NCBI GenBank assembly: GCA_951406725.2
Contig: OX597830.1
Coordinates: forward strand, 19,220,001-19,284,000
Direction: 5' to 3'
DNA: 64,000 nt
Source: Octopus vulgaris
Taxonomy: Eukaryota
Shown here piece by piece: positions 52,514 to 64,000 of the stretch. The notes beneath the pieces were generated by a model. The model had not been told where the DNA came from. It was given only the letters and a program-made list of their open reading frames with translations, and did not search any database. The translations under genes and the position numbers were made by a program. The first letter of the stretch is position 1, and every line of letters begins with the position of its first letter.

Positions 52514-52707
52514 TTTGGGGAAATGTCGAACCGGGGTTCTCATTCATAAGGTTTTTTTTTTTTATTGTAAGCTTCGTAAACTATCAATCATTATATATTC
52601 TTTCCAAATTATTCTACATGTTGTCATTTTCTACAAAGTTCTAAAGCCTTATCGTTAATTTCATTCTAATAAGATTGCCAAAAAGGTATTCACTTATTCT
52701 TTTATCC

Positions 52708-52967
52708 ATTTACTTGTTTCAGTCATTTGACTGTGGCCATGCTTGAGCATCACCTTTAGTCGAACAATTTGACACCAGGATTTATTCTTTGTAAGCTTAG
52801 TACTTATTCTATTGGTCTCTTTTAGTTGAAGTACTAAGTTACAGGGATGTAAACACACCAACTTTGGTTGTCAAGTAATGGTGGAGGATCAAACACATAC
52901 AAACACACAAATACATACATACATACATACACACGTACATACATACATACATACATACATACATACA

Positions 52968-53053
<86 letters not shown>

Positions 53054-53308
53054 GTATAAAAATTGACAGTCAAAAATTGTGAAGCATGACTGTCACCACT
53101 AGTACATGAACCTGAAGATTGCAGAATTTAATGCATGAAAGTACTAGTCCAATCAGAATGAACATTTAACATTCTATTATTTTATTTTATTTTATTATAT
53201 TATATTATCTTATATCATTATAAGATTGTAAATAAAACGTGAAAATCAGACAAGGTTGGAATTCCTTTTATTAATATATTCTTCTATACACAATCACACA
53301 CACCCGTA

Positions 53309-53389
<81 letters not shown>

Positions 53390-53505
53390 CTCTCTCTCTC
53401 TATATATATATATGGTGGGCTTCTTTCAGTTTCTGTCTACCAAATCCACTCACAAGGTTTTTTGGTTGTCCTGAGGCTATAGTAGAAAACACTTGCCCAA
53501 GGTGC
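52708..53505 (-). mobile_element. SINE family A copy with a PLE fragment (53050-53305) inside its microsatellite
   Basis: SINE 3' half at 52708-52900, (TA)n, insert, (TATC)n(TA)n, then SINE 5' half at 53415-53505. Confidence 0.8.
53108..53150 (+). ncRNA. Minimal hammerhead ribozyme motif
   Basis: GAAC CTGAAGA T TGCA-GAATTTAA-TGCA T GAAA GTAC TA GTCC. AGTACT is palindromic. Confidence 0.7.
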
Positions 53506-53679
53506 TATGAGCCATGCCTGCAAGTAAATTTTTTTTTCCTTTACTGGCTGGTATACTTCTATTGTTAATACTTTTTGAAATAAATAAATAGATAAATAAA
53601 TAATAAGGAACCTGTGGAAGAGGTAGACCCAGGGAGAGAAGTGGAAATTTAGCAGTAGTGGTGGTGGTCCACCACCACC

Positions 53680-53962
53680 CCACCACTACTGCTAAATTTG
53701 ACTTTCCTTTTGAGCATTATAAAGGAAACAGACCATGACTTCTACTTCACAATCAGAAAGTGAACACAGAGTTCGTAAATAACTGTGTCTAACTGCTAAA
53801 TATTAATATGTAAATGCAAGCACTAGAGCCTGGTGCTGGCCTGGCTTTACCAGCTCCTGTCAAACCATCAAAACTATGCCATGCCAGCAGGGAAAACAGA
53901 CATTAAATGATGATAATGATGATGATGATGTGTGTGTATATATATATATTATATATATATTA

Positions 53963-54033
<71 letters not shown>

Positions 54034-54038
54034 ATATA

Positions 54039-54070
<32 letters not shown>

Positions 54071-55209
54071 AATATGAGGGAATATTATTCCAAACTTACA
54101 GGGAAAAATTCAATTTAGAAATACTAAATCAAATTTCATAAAATATAATATATATATATATAAATTAGGCAAAAACCATCTTTTATCAATTCAATAATGA
54201 AAAATGAAATTATACCATTTGGAAAAATTACATATTATAGACGGATTAAATATAAGAAAATATATAACGCATTTTATTTACTACTTTGCACATTACTTAA
54301 TCATTGTCATATGTAGAAGTCGGTAGGCTGCGTTTGGAGTCAAGACTTTACATAGGAAATAAGTTCATCATCATTTGAAAAGTGCTTCCCCTTCAAAAAA
54401 ATCTTGATGGTAGGAAAGAGGTGGAAGTCAGGTGGTGGAAGGTTGGGAGAGTAAAGGAGATGAATAAGGATTTCATAGCTATAGGAGTGTGCTTTCATCT
54501 GGGCGACATGCGCATTGTGAACTGAGGTGTTATCTTGGAGGAGGTGGACTCCTTCGAACATTGGGCCCTACCGAGGCAATGACTAGTGACTGAGACCTTT
54601 GGAAATATGCTGTGCTTGAGAAGACTCGGCAAGCCAAGGGAGACCATAACCTATGGCCTATGCCAGGGGTGTACCCAGCCCACTTATGCATACCTTTCTT
54701 TCATTGGACACTAAACTCTACTTGTGAAGACCTGTTGAGGCAAATGAAATCGAAATCAAATTCGATGACTGGTATCCATGCTAGTGGAGTGCTAAGAGCA
54801 CCATTCGAGTGTGATTGTTGCCAGAGCAGCTAACTGGCTTCCATGCCAGTGGTACGTAAAAAGCACCATTCAAGCCTGATCATTACCTGCATCACCTTAC
54901 TGGCACTTGTGCTGGTAGCACGTGAAAAAATCAAGCGAGGTCATTGCCAGTGTCGCTGGACTGGCTCCTGTGCAGGTGGCACATAAAAAGCACCATTTGA
55001 GCATGACCGTTGCCAGTACTGCCTGACTGGCCCTCGTGCAGGTGGCACGTAAAAGCACCCGCTACACTCTCAGAGTGGTTGGCGTTAGGAAGAGCATCCA
55101 GCTGTAGAAACTCTGCCAGATCAGATTGAGCCTGGTGCAGCCATCTGGTTTGCCAGTCCTCTTTCAAATCGTCCAACTCATGCTAGCATGGAAAGCAGAC
55201 ATTAAACGA

Positions 55210-55290
<81 letters not shown>

Positions 55291-56342
55291 GCTTCGTTTT
55301 TGGATTTGGTTTGCAAGATTCTTCATGTGAATTCGTGTGTTGAAGCATACTCTGTTGTGTCTGGGGTGAGTCACTTTTTTGTGCCTTATAATGTAACACA
55401 CTCACTGGTAGAAAATACACAAACACGGACATGCAAGCACATAAATATGCAAGATACATACATACAGATGCACATACATACATATATATATATACATATG
55501 CATACACACACATATATACATACATACACATGCAAACATACACACATACATACGTACATGCATGCATAGGCACACACACACACACACTGACCCACAAACA
55601 TGCGCACAAGCAAACAAAAGGGAACGCAGTGTAAATAACAGACAGAGTCAAGACTATATAAAAGGTTGCAAGACGCAATGAAAATTTTAGGAAAATAAAA
55701 ATAAGAAATAAATGGAAATTTTACCGGTGAGTGTGTTAAATAATAAGGCACAAAAAGAAAATGACTCTCCCCAGACACAACAGAATAATAAATAGGGATT
55801 TCTCTTAATTGCCACCAGGGCGAAAGATGAGGGATAGTTGTAAAAAAGCTTGTTTTTAATTTTTGCAAAAAATGTCATTATACAAAATAAACACAGCAAT
55901 TTAAATATCATCCATAAACATGCAAACACCAACAAACAAAAAGGCTGGGCAAGTTACACACTTATGCATACATGTTCTCTTCACACCTGTATACAGTATT
56001 CATACCACCACCACCACCACCACCACCACCACTACTGCTAAATTTGACAACATTCCTTTTGAGCATTATAAAGGAAACAGACCATGACTTCTACTTTACA
56101 ATCAGAAAATCCACACAGAGTTCATAAATAACTGTATTTAACTGCTAAATATTCATATGTAAATGCAAGCACTACAGACTGGTGCTGGCTTGGCTTTACC
56201 AGCTCCTGTCAAACCATCCAAACAATGCCAGCATGGAAAACAGACATTAAATGATGATAATGATGATGATGATGTGTGTATGTGTTTGTATATATATATA
56301 TATTATATATATTATATATATGTGTATGTATATCTATCTATC

Positions 56343-56426
<84 letters not shown>

Positions 56427-56869
56427 TGAGGGAATATTATTCCAAACTTACAAGGAAAAATTCAATTTAGAAATACTAAATCAAATTTCACAAAAAATAA
56501 TATATATATATATATAAATTAGGAAAAAACCATCTTTTATCAATTCAATAATGAAAAATGAAATTATACCATTTGGAAAAATTACATATTATAGACGGAT
56601 TAAATATAAGAAAATATATAACGCATTTTATTTACTACTTTGCACATTACTTAATCATTGTCATATGTAGAAGTCGGTAGGCTGCGTTTGGAGTCAAGAC
56701 TTTACATATGAAATAAGTTCATCATCATTTGAAAAGTGCTTCCCCTTCAAAAAAGTTGGGAGAGTAAAGGAGATGAAGAAGGATTTCATAGCTATAGGAG
56801 TGTGCTTTCATCTGGGCAACATGCGCATTGTGAACTGAGGTGTTATCTTGGAAGAGGTGGACTCCTTCG
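53680..56869. repeat. Local direct duplication (53680-54556 vs 56028-56869)
   Basis: Both copies run from CACCACTACTGCTAAATTTGAC to GGACTCCTTCG and include the mariner 3' part. Confidence 0.9.
54558..55212 (+). mobile_element. RTE LINE 3' fragment
   Basis: GAGGCAATGAC...GAGACCTTTGG..ATATGCTGTGCTTGAGAAGAC ORF end plus 3' UTR, ending ATTAAACGATG(AAT)n. Confidence 0.85.
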
Positions 56870-57770
56870 GTCAACATGCCATGCTCCTCTGCTTTGATGG
56901 TGTCCTGCAATTTCTGCAGCAGTGAAGCATAATATGCCCCATTAATTGTGGTGCCCTTTGCCAGAAAATCCATCATCATTACTCTGTGCTGGTCCCAAAA
57001 GACTGTGAATATCGCCTTGTCTGTTGGGGGCTGGACAAGAGCATTCTTTGGAGGTGGTGCATTATTACGTTTCCATTGCTTCAACTGGACTTTAGTCTCG
57101 AGATCATAGTGATGGACCCATGTTTCATCCTGTGTGGTAAGTCTGCAAAAAGTCCTCGTTTTCTTGGCACATCGTCAAAAGAGCCTGGAAGCAATTGATT
57201 CATTCCTGCTTCTGAAAATATGTGAGCATCTGGGGCGTCCTTCGTGCAGACAAGTTCTACCTGTGCAAGTGGTTGTAAATGTTTTTTTTTCCATGGACTG
57301 AACACTTATCTTCACTTCTTAACCTAGTTGTTGAATAGTTATGTAGTGATCTTCCAAAATGGCAGCTTCCACTTTATGGATGATGTCATCATCAAACGTG
57401 GAATATGGTCATTCAGGAACAGGAGCAGTCTCCACCAATGCCTGACAACATTTGAATTGACAATGCCAGTGCTTGATTGTGTTGTATGATGGTGCATTGT
57501 CTCCATAAACTTCTTTCATCTCATCAAAAGTCTCTTTTGATGTGTAACTTTTCACGTATAAGAACCTGATCACTGATGTGCATTCAACTGTCTCCATTAT
57601 AACACCTTAGTCCACTTCAGCAGCCGTAAAAGACAAACAAATACTAGTGCAAAGCTGCAATTTGCAATGTGACATGTAGGGACATGTATGATTATACCTG
57701 TACAAGTTCCGTTTCCTGCAATAGCTGAAAGTGAGTCAGGGGAAATCTTTAATGAACACCCCTCACGCAT
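56650..57770 (-). pseudogene. Mariner transposase pseudogene with 5' TIR
   Basis: SVIRFLY..., VFWDQHRVMMMDFLAKGTTINGAYYASLL, LFQDNTSVH and HLLYSPN(LPPPDFHLFP in the duplicate). TIR-like CGTGAGGGGTGTTCATTAAAG at ~57747-57767. Confidence 0.9.
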
Positions 57771-58641
57771 GTGTGTGTGTACATCCATGCACACACACAT
57801 ACACGCACACGTGCACACATACATGCACACACACAAACACACACACTTATGTATAGTTTATAGGTTAGAGACAGGTGTTCTCTATAGAAATACACTTCGA
57901 AGTGCTCAAGAGATTTCAACTTGAGCAGGTAGATGGGTAAATGTAATGAGAAGCAAGTTAGACAAGTTGATTTACTCAGAATCATCAACATCATCATCGT
58001 TTAACGTCAGCTTTCCATGCTAGCATGGGTTGGACGATTTTGACTGAGGACTGGCGAACCAGATGGCTGCACCAGGCACCAATCTTGATCTGGCAGAGTT
58101 TCTACAGCTGGATGCCCTTCCTAACGCCAACCACTCTGAAAGTGTAGTGGGTGCTTTTTACGTGCCACCAGCATGGGCGCCAGTCAGGCGGTACTGGCAA
58201 CGACCTCGCTCGAATCTTTTTACATGTGCCACTGGCACAGGTGCCAGTGAAGCGACGTTGGTAACGATCATGCTTGAACGGTGCCCTTTTATGTGCCACG
58301 GGTATGGAAGCCAGTTGGCTGCTCTGGCAATGATCACGCTCGGAATATTAAATACATTTAATAGAAAAAAATGTACATGTGTATGGATATCAAATAGTCC
58401 AACTTACAGAAAATAAATGATATCAGGAGTTAAATGAGTAGAGTTTTATGAGTCCAACAGCTGTTTCTGGGGGGATTGGTGGTCTGGAATAAAGATAGTT
58501 ACTTGGACCCATTGTTGGATAACACAGCATCTGTCTTCAGATGGAGGGTGGGGTAACACATCCCAGCCGAGCTGCAGGAATTTTTGTCTGGTCTCCAAAG
58601 CATCAATTGCTGAAAATGAACTTTCTTATCTTCCATTTTAA

Positions 58642-58856
58642 CCCTTTCATTACCAACCCGGCCAAAACCGGCTCTGTAGTATAAATGTCTTGTTTTTATT
58701 AGTTTTTCATTAAAATCTTCCACCAAACCTTAGTCACAATTTATGTTCCTAACACTAGCTGAATGATAAGTAAGTTATTTTACTAAATTCATTGTTATAT
58801 TTAAAATAATTTAAAGAAACACGGAGCATCTCAAAATAAATACAGTAACAAAAGGG
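58642..58856. mobile_element. piggyBac-type MITE
   Basis: TTAA|CCCTTTCATTAC ... GTAACAAAAGGG|TTAA: TTAA target duplications and CCC termini. Confidence 0.85.
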
Positions 58857-59039
58857 TTAAAGGGTTACAGAATTAACACAGGTTATTGGAACATAAACCT
58901 TCTTCCATGTAAAGATAGCTTAAACTGTGCTCTAAATGGAGGTGTAGTCAAATCTTATTTTATGGATTCAACCATGTTCTAAAATAAGTCAAAAGGTAAG
59001 CTACTATAAATCGGCATGAACTTTCCGGACAACCCAATA

Positions 59040-59891
59040 TTTTTACAAAGTTCAATGAAGTTAATTTGCAACTGCAAGGAAATGAGGTTAAACCTTGTGA
59101 AAGTGAAACCAGCCCTCTCCATGTTTCTGTCCAAATTACAGTTGTTCAAATTTAACGTAGGCTATCATTAGTTTTTCCAGTTTCCAAGCCTCTCTGATTT
59201 AAACAAACAAAAGCACATACCAGAAGATGACATATAAGAGTATTGTTCACGGCTGGATGAGCTGCAGAGAGACATGTCTCATAGATTTCAGGATATTTAC
59301 TTTTGATTGAAATACCCATCTGGGTGATTCCTAGGTCCCAGTAATGAGGGAAGAAGAATGGTGGAGGAAGAACTGGTTTCCTTTTAAAATGACTTTGAGC
59401 AGAGGCCAATGTTAAAAAATATCGTATCTGGATATTTGATTGAAAAAGGACCTTTTTGACTGCTACCCTGCACTGTGGAAGGAAGTCGAGATATTCTTTG
59501 TTGCCTTCCTAACATTATATTTTTTTAGACCGAGGTCTCAGTGCAGCTTTTACAGATTTGTTCTAAGTAAAGAAACAGGCTGCAAATGATTGAATGAGGG
59601 GACTACTTCTCATTGCCTTTCAGCCAGACGTCAATAAGCCGATATCCCTGCACAATGTACATTCATTGTATTAAAAATAAGATAATAATGTAGTTACAAG
59701 TGGGATGTAAATTCAGTCTTTTCATATTGGAAAAACAACAAAATAATGGATTAATTAGGTTAAGTTTTATTTGTGAAAAACAGTTTTGAATTTGGAGAAG
59801 AAAGAGGTGTACTTTTGTAATGGGGGAGAGGGCGTAGGAGTGTGATGTGGGTGCCAAGAGGCGGCAGTCGGAAAAAGCTTGGAAACCAGTG
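59040..59891 (+). pseudogene. hAT (Buster/Charlie-like) transposase C-terminal relic with 3' TIR
   Basis: Frameshifted FTKFNEVNLQLQG, LSMFLSKLQLFK, QFPSL, RFQDI and YPALWKEVEIFFVAFLTLYFLDRGLSA (dimerisation domain), then RNRL. End AAAAGCTTGGAAACCAGTG at 59873-59891. Confidence 0.8.
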
Positions 59892-60661
59892 GGATAGGCG
59901 ATGGTGGCCGGAGGGGGAGTTTGTATAATAATGTAATAACTATTACAGGTGTGTGTAGAGGGAAGGTAGATGAGAGATGTAAGATATGATTATGAAAGAA
60001 GGCGGAGATGTAATTAAAGGAGTTGACTCTGTGTGGAGAAGGATGGGGGAGTGTGTATATCGTCTGGTGTGGTGTGATGGGTGTATTTCAGTTGGCATAA
60101 GAACTCTTGTTATAGCAGTTGTGGGGTAGATAAGGGTGGTGGTGATGGTGATGGTGATGGTGTTTACTTCTTAATGAGTCATGAGGCTGGTAATTAACAG
60201 TGCTGGGGGATATATTCTGTGATGATTGTAATAGGGCCACATGGTGGAGGTGATACTGATGAAATATAAGCAGTGCTGGGGGACATTCCTATGATGTATG
60301 CAATGGTGGTGGTCAAGGTAGTGATGGTAATAGTGTAAACTGTGGTAGTAATATTAGTAAAGTTGAAAAGGGAAGTGAGTATTTTGTGATTAATGTAATG
60401 GTGGTAGTAATGATAATGGTGGCGCTAGTGATGGCACTAGCGTAATGGGTGGCAGTAAAATTAGTAGAGATGGGGGTGTATTTTGTAATGATTGAGTTAG
60501 TGTTGGGGTTGATAGGTTAGACCGCCTCCCTCATTATTCAAGGACACTCTTACTATTCCTCATGATGGGGTGAGAGTAATAGTAGGCATAGAGACAGTGA
60601 CGGTGGTGGAAAAGACAGAGAGAGAGAGAAAAAAAAAGAAAAAGAGAGGGAGAGAAAGAGA

Positions 60662-60742
60662 GACTTTTTGAGTTATTTTGCACACAGACAGACAAACCAA
60701 TGCCGATGAAAACATTACCTCCTTCCTTGGCAGAACTAATGA
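60662..60742 (-). mobile_element. Helentron/DINE-1-like (HINE) 5' fragment
   Basis: Minus strand: ATTAGTTCTGCCAAGGAAGGAGGTAAT short inverted repeat followed by GTTTGTCTGTCTGT. Confidence 0.45.
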
Positions 60743-61052
60743 ATAGGCATGTTATTGTTTGGAGTCTCACTGTTCAGTGTATACTCTGTGAATTCTTATC
60801 TGCTTGGCATACATCTGCATACATCTGCCAATTTGTTTGCTGATTCCTATAAACAAGAGATCATGCTCTTCTGAGATTCATCAGTCTGGAGTAACTTCTA
60901 CTGAAGAGACATACAATGAGATTGAAACACAGCAGTGTCTCAAAGCTCCCTTATATTGATGAATGACATGTGTTAGGAACATATATTGCTTTGAGGAAGA
61001 TGATGTTCTTCAGTAGCAAATAACAACCGCAAACAGATATTCAAGTTTTGAA

Positions 61053-61482
61053 TCTCTTTTACTCTTTTACTCTTTTACTTGTTTCGTCTATTTGACTGTG
61101 GCCATGCTGGAACACTGCCTTTAGTCGATTGAGCAAATCAACGCTAGGACTTATTCCTTGTAAGCCTTGTACTTATTCTATCGGTCTCTTCTGCTGAACC
61201 ACTAAGTTATGGGGACGTAAACACACCAGCATCAGTCGTCAAGCAATGTTGGGTGGGGGAACACAGATACACAAACATATACACACACACATATATATAT
61301 ATATATACACACATATATACGATGGGCTTCTTTCAGTTTCTGTCTACCAAATCCACTCACAAGGCTTTGGTTGGCCCGAGGCTATAGTAGAAGACACTTG
61401 CCCAAGGTGCCACGCAGTGGGACTGAACCCGGAACCATGTGGTTGGTAAGCAAGCTACTTACCACACAGCCACTCCTACACC
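61053..61482 (-). mobile_element. SINE family A copy
   Basis: Full-length reverse-complement match. Confidence 0.9.
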
Positions 61483-63029
61483 TCTGCGATAATATATTAG
61501 GAATGACAAGATGTGTTGATTGGATTCTTGCTGTTCTGCTTGCACCTCTATGAAATATCTTTAATTTTATTATATAAAATGATACATTCCCTAAAATAAG
61601 GAATTCTTTCATCTGTATGTAGTAAGGAGGCCCTATGGGGAGGGGGGATAACCTCTTAATAGAGAATTGCAGGGAAAATTGGTCTAAACAATCATCACCA
61701 CCACTACCACCACCACCACCACCACCACCACCATCATCAACATCATCATCATCAACTGTCTGTTTACCATGTTGGTATGAGTTGGATGGCTTGATAGTAA
61801 CTGGTAAGGTGAAGGGCTGCACCAGGTTCTGTAGCCTGTTTTGGCTTGGATTTTAAAACTGGATGCCCTTCATAATGTCAACCCAGCTTTTTATGTACTG
61901 GATGCTTTTCATGTAGCACCATCACCAATGTTTTTTTTTAAGTGGCACCAGCACCCCTACTAATGCTTTTTACATGGCACCCTGGTTTTAGGATGAAAAT
62001 TCTTAAACCTCATTTATGATATATAATGGACTTGATATGGTGAAACCTAAAGAGAGGAAACATTACACATTTGTACAGCAAAACAATTGAAGCTTTTTCA
62101 ACTTTTAATATATGACTTGAAGTTCTTTCAAGGAGTATTTTTTGAAGCTTTCCTATGACTTTTCTTATGTATGATATTGTTACTAGATACCTTTGTATGT
62201 GTGTAGTAAATCAAAAGTGGAGAGGGATTACAGGTAATTAGATCAGAGAAGCAGAATGTTTTGATTGCATATACACAGTTTACAGTGCATTAGGTACATA
62301 AACACACACACACACACAGAAACACACACACACACACACATACAATGGAAGATCAGTGATGCGAAAAATCACTACAATTTCAAGGTGTGATCTGAAGAAA
62401 ATTGACTTGCTATTTCTAGCAGACTAAGTAACCACACACAACCTACCTCATTAAGTGGAGGGAAATAAAATTGGAGGGAAAAAGCCATGGAGAAACATGT
62501 CACAGGAAAAATAGTGAAAGTATTAAAATACATATATACATTCTTATTTCTTTATTGCCCACAAGGAGCTAAACATAGAGGGGACAAACACGGACAGACA
62601 AACAGATTAAGTTGATAGCTGGTACTTATTTAATCAACCCTGAAAGGACGAAAGGCAAAGTTGTCCTCGGCAGAATTTGAACTCAGAACATAGCAGCAGA
62701 TGAAATACCGCTAAGCATTTTGCCCGGCATGCTATTGTTTCTGCCAGCTTGCCGCATATATACATTCTTTGATAATAATAAGAATATCAAAGAATGTATA
62801 ACTGTATTTGAATACTTGTGTGAAAACCAGTACTTAACACAACAAAACTCATACAAAGCTTTACATTTTACTTTTGACAATCTTTTTCTAAAAAAAGTGA
62901 AACCAGTCAGGTGAATAAATGTCTTTAAAATTGCATTTTCAAACCTTCTTTCATATATATTTCCACTTGTGCAGTACCTTACAACTTCACTTTGTTTTAT
63001 ATATATATATATTTATATATATATATATC

Positions 63030-63245
63030 TAATGTAGGATAAAATTTTTTGAAAAAAATTCTATCAATGGCCAGCATATTAAAAAATACCTTTAAAGGTT
63101 AAATTTATAAACAATTTATAAGTAAGGGCAAAAGAAATAATTTCTAATGCCAAAATATGCTGAAAAAAGACATAATGTCAATAACCATGTAAGACGTAAT
63201 GTCTTACATGGTTATTGACATTATGTCTTTTGCCCTTACTTATAA

Positions 63246-63250
<5 letters not shown>
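63030..63250. mobile_element. (TA)n-flanked fold-back element (same family as 12550-12940)
   Basis: Perfect hairpin AAAAGACATAATGTCAATAACCATGTAAGAC / GTCTTACATGGTTATTGACATTATGTCTTTT, then GCCCTTACTTATAAATTGT, which is the reverse complement of 63111-63129. Confidence 0.85.
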
Positions 63251-63281
<31 letters not shown>

Positions 63282-63649
63282 TCAACCACGGTAGTGCTTG
63301 AATGTCTACCATTTTGAGAATCACAGCAGATTCCAAGCTTCACCACTAATTCAGTTCTCTCAACTAAATTGCAAACTGTTAACAGTTTTAAAGAGGACAC
63401 CTTCTCAGCCACACTTTGGCATAAATAGTTTGAGATTTGGTTCAATAGAAAAAAAAAGTTACATCAAAATATCTCAGACCTCAAGGTGGGTAGTAAGGCG
63501 GGTATTCATTTTCAATTAACATAAATTTTTTAGATTTAAAATAAAAGTATACTTTTCTTAGGCTTAAATAATAGAAAAATGCATGAGGAATTTAGAATCA
63601 TTAATCACATATAACAAAAATTAGTAGAAAAAATTTACGAGATAAAGTG

Positions 63650-63817
63650 TCAGGAGTGGCTGTGTGGTAAGTAGCTTGTTTACCAACCACATGGTTCTGG
63701 GTTCAGTCCCACTGCGTGGCACCTTGGGCGAGTGTCTTCTTCTATAGCCTCAGGCCGACCAATGCCTTGTGAGTGGATTTGGTAGACGGAAACTGAAAGA
63801 AGCCCGTCATATATATG

Positions 63818-63848
<31 letters not shown>

Positions 63849-64000
63849 TTGTGTGTCTGTGTTTGTCCCCCTAGCATTGCTTGACAACCGATGCTGGTGT
63901 GTTTATGTCCCCGTTACTTAGCGGTTTGGCAAAAGGGACCGATAGAATAAGTACTGGGCTTACAAAAGAATAAGTCCCGGGGTCGAGTTGCTCGATTAAA
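63650..64000 (+). mobile_element. SINE family A copy running off the window
   Basis: Match to family A head and body. Confidence 0.9.

Noticed and set aside
59900-60530. G-rich stretch as Gly-rich coding sequence or telomeric repeat
   Set aside because: Degenerate (GGT/AGT/GAT)n low-complexity sequence with frequent stops and no TTAGGG array.
60895-60945. Hammerhead CTGAAGA...GAAACACAGCAGTGTC
   Set aside because: Core and stem III are present but stems I and II barely pair; too decayed to call.

Overview
This is repeat-saturated, AT-rich animal genomic DNA. The SINE and LINE families and the dense (TA)n/(CA)n/(GAT)n microsatellites point to an octopus or other coleoid cephalopod (inference). 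No host protein-coding gene can be identified with confidence. There are only a few isolated splice-site-flanked candidate exons and a promoter-like patch, so the window is probably intronic or intergenic. The one long real ORF (38556-39848) is a young, 5'-truncated Penelope-like element (PLE) encoding reverse transcriptase, a Cys linker and a GIY-YIG endonuclease. Other mobile DNA includes more than 20 copies of a tRNA-type SINE with an internal microsatellite, two further SINE families, many RTE LINE 3' fragments and an R4/Dong-type relic. There are also mariner, maT/Tc1 and hAT relics, several MITEs, a ~85-100 bp minisatellite, and local direct and inverted duplications. The most interesting hidden layer is a set of about 15 minimal hammerhead-ribozyme motifs of the PLE type, with palindromic stem III and a cleavage base that is never G. 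They include family-level core variants (U3-A8 covariation, A6U). Several sit in short fold-back elements embedded in (TA)n tracts, including the (TA)n tract carried inside the dominant SINE. All structures were read by eye; none was verified computationally.
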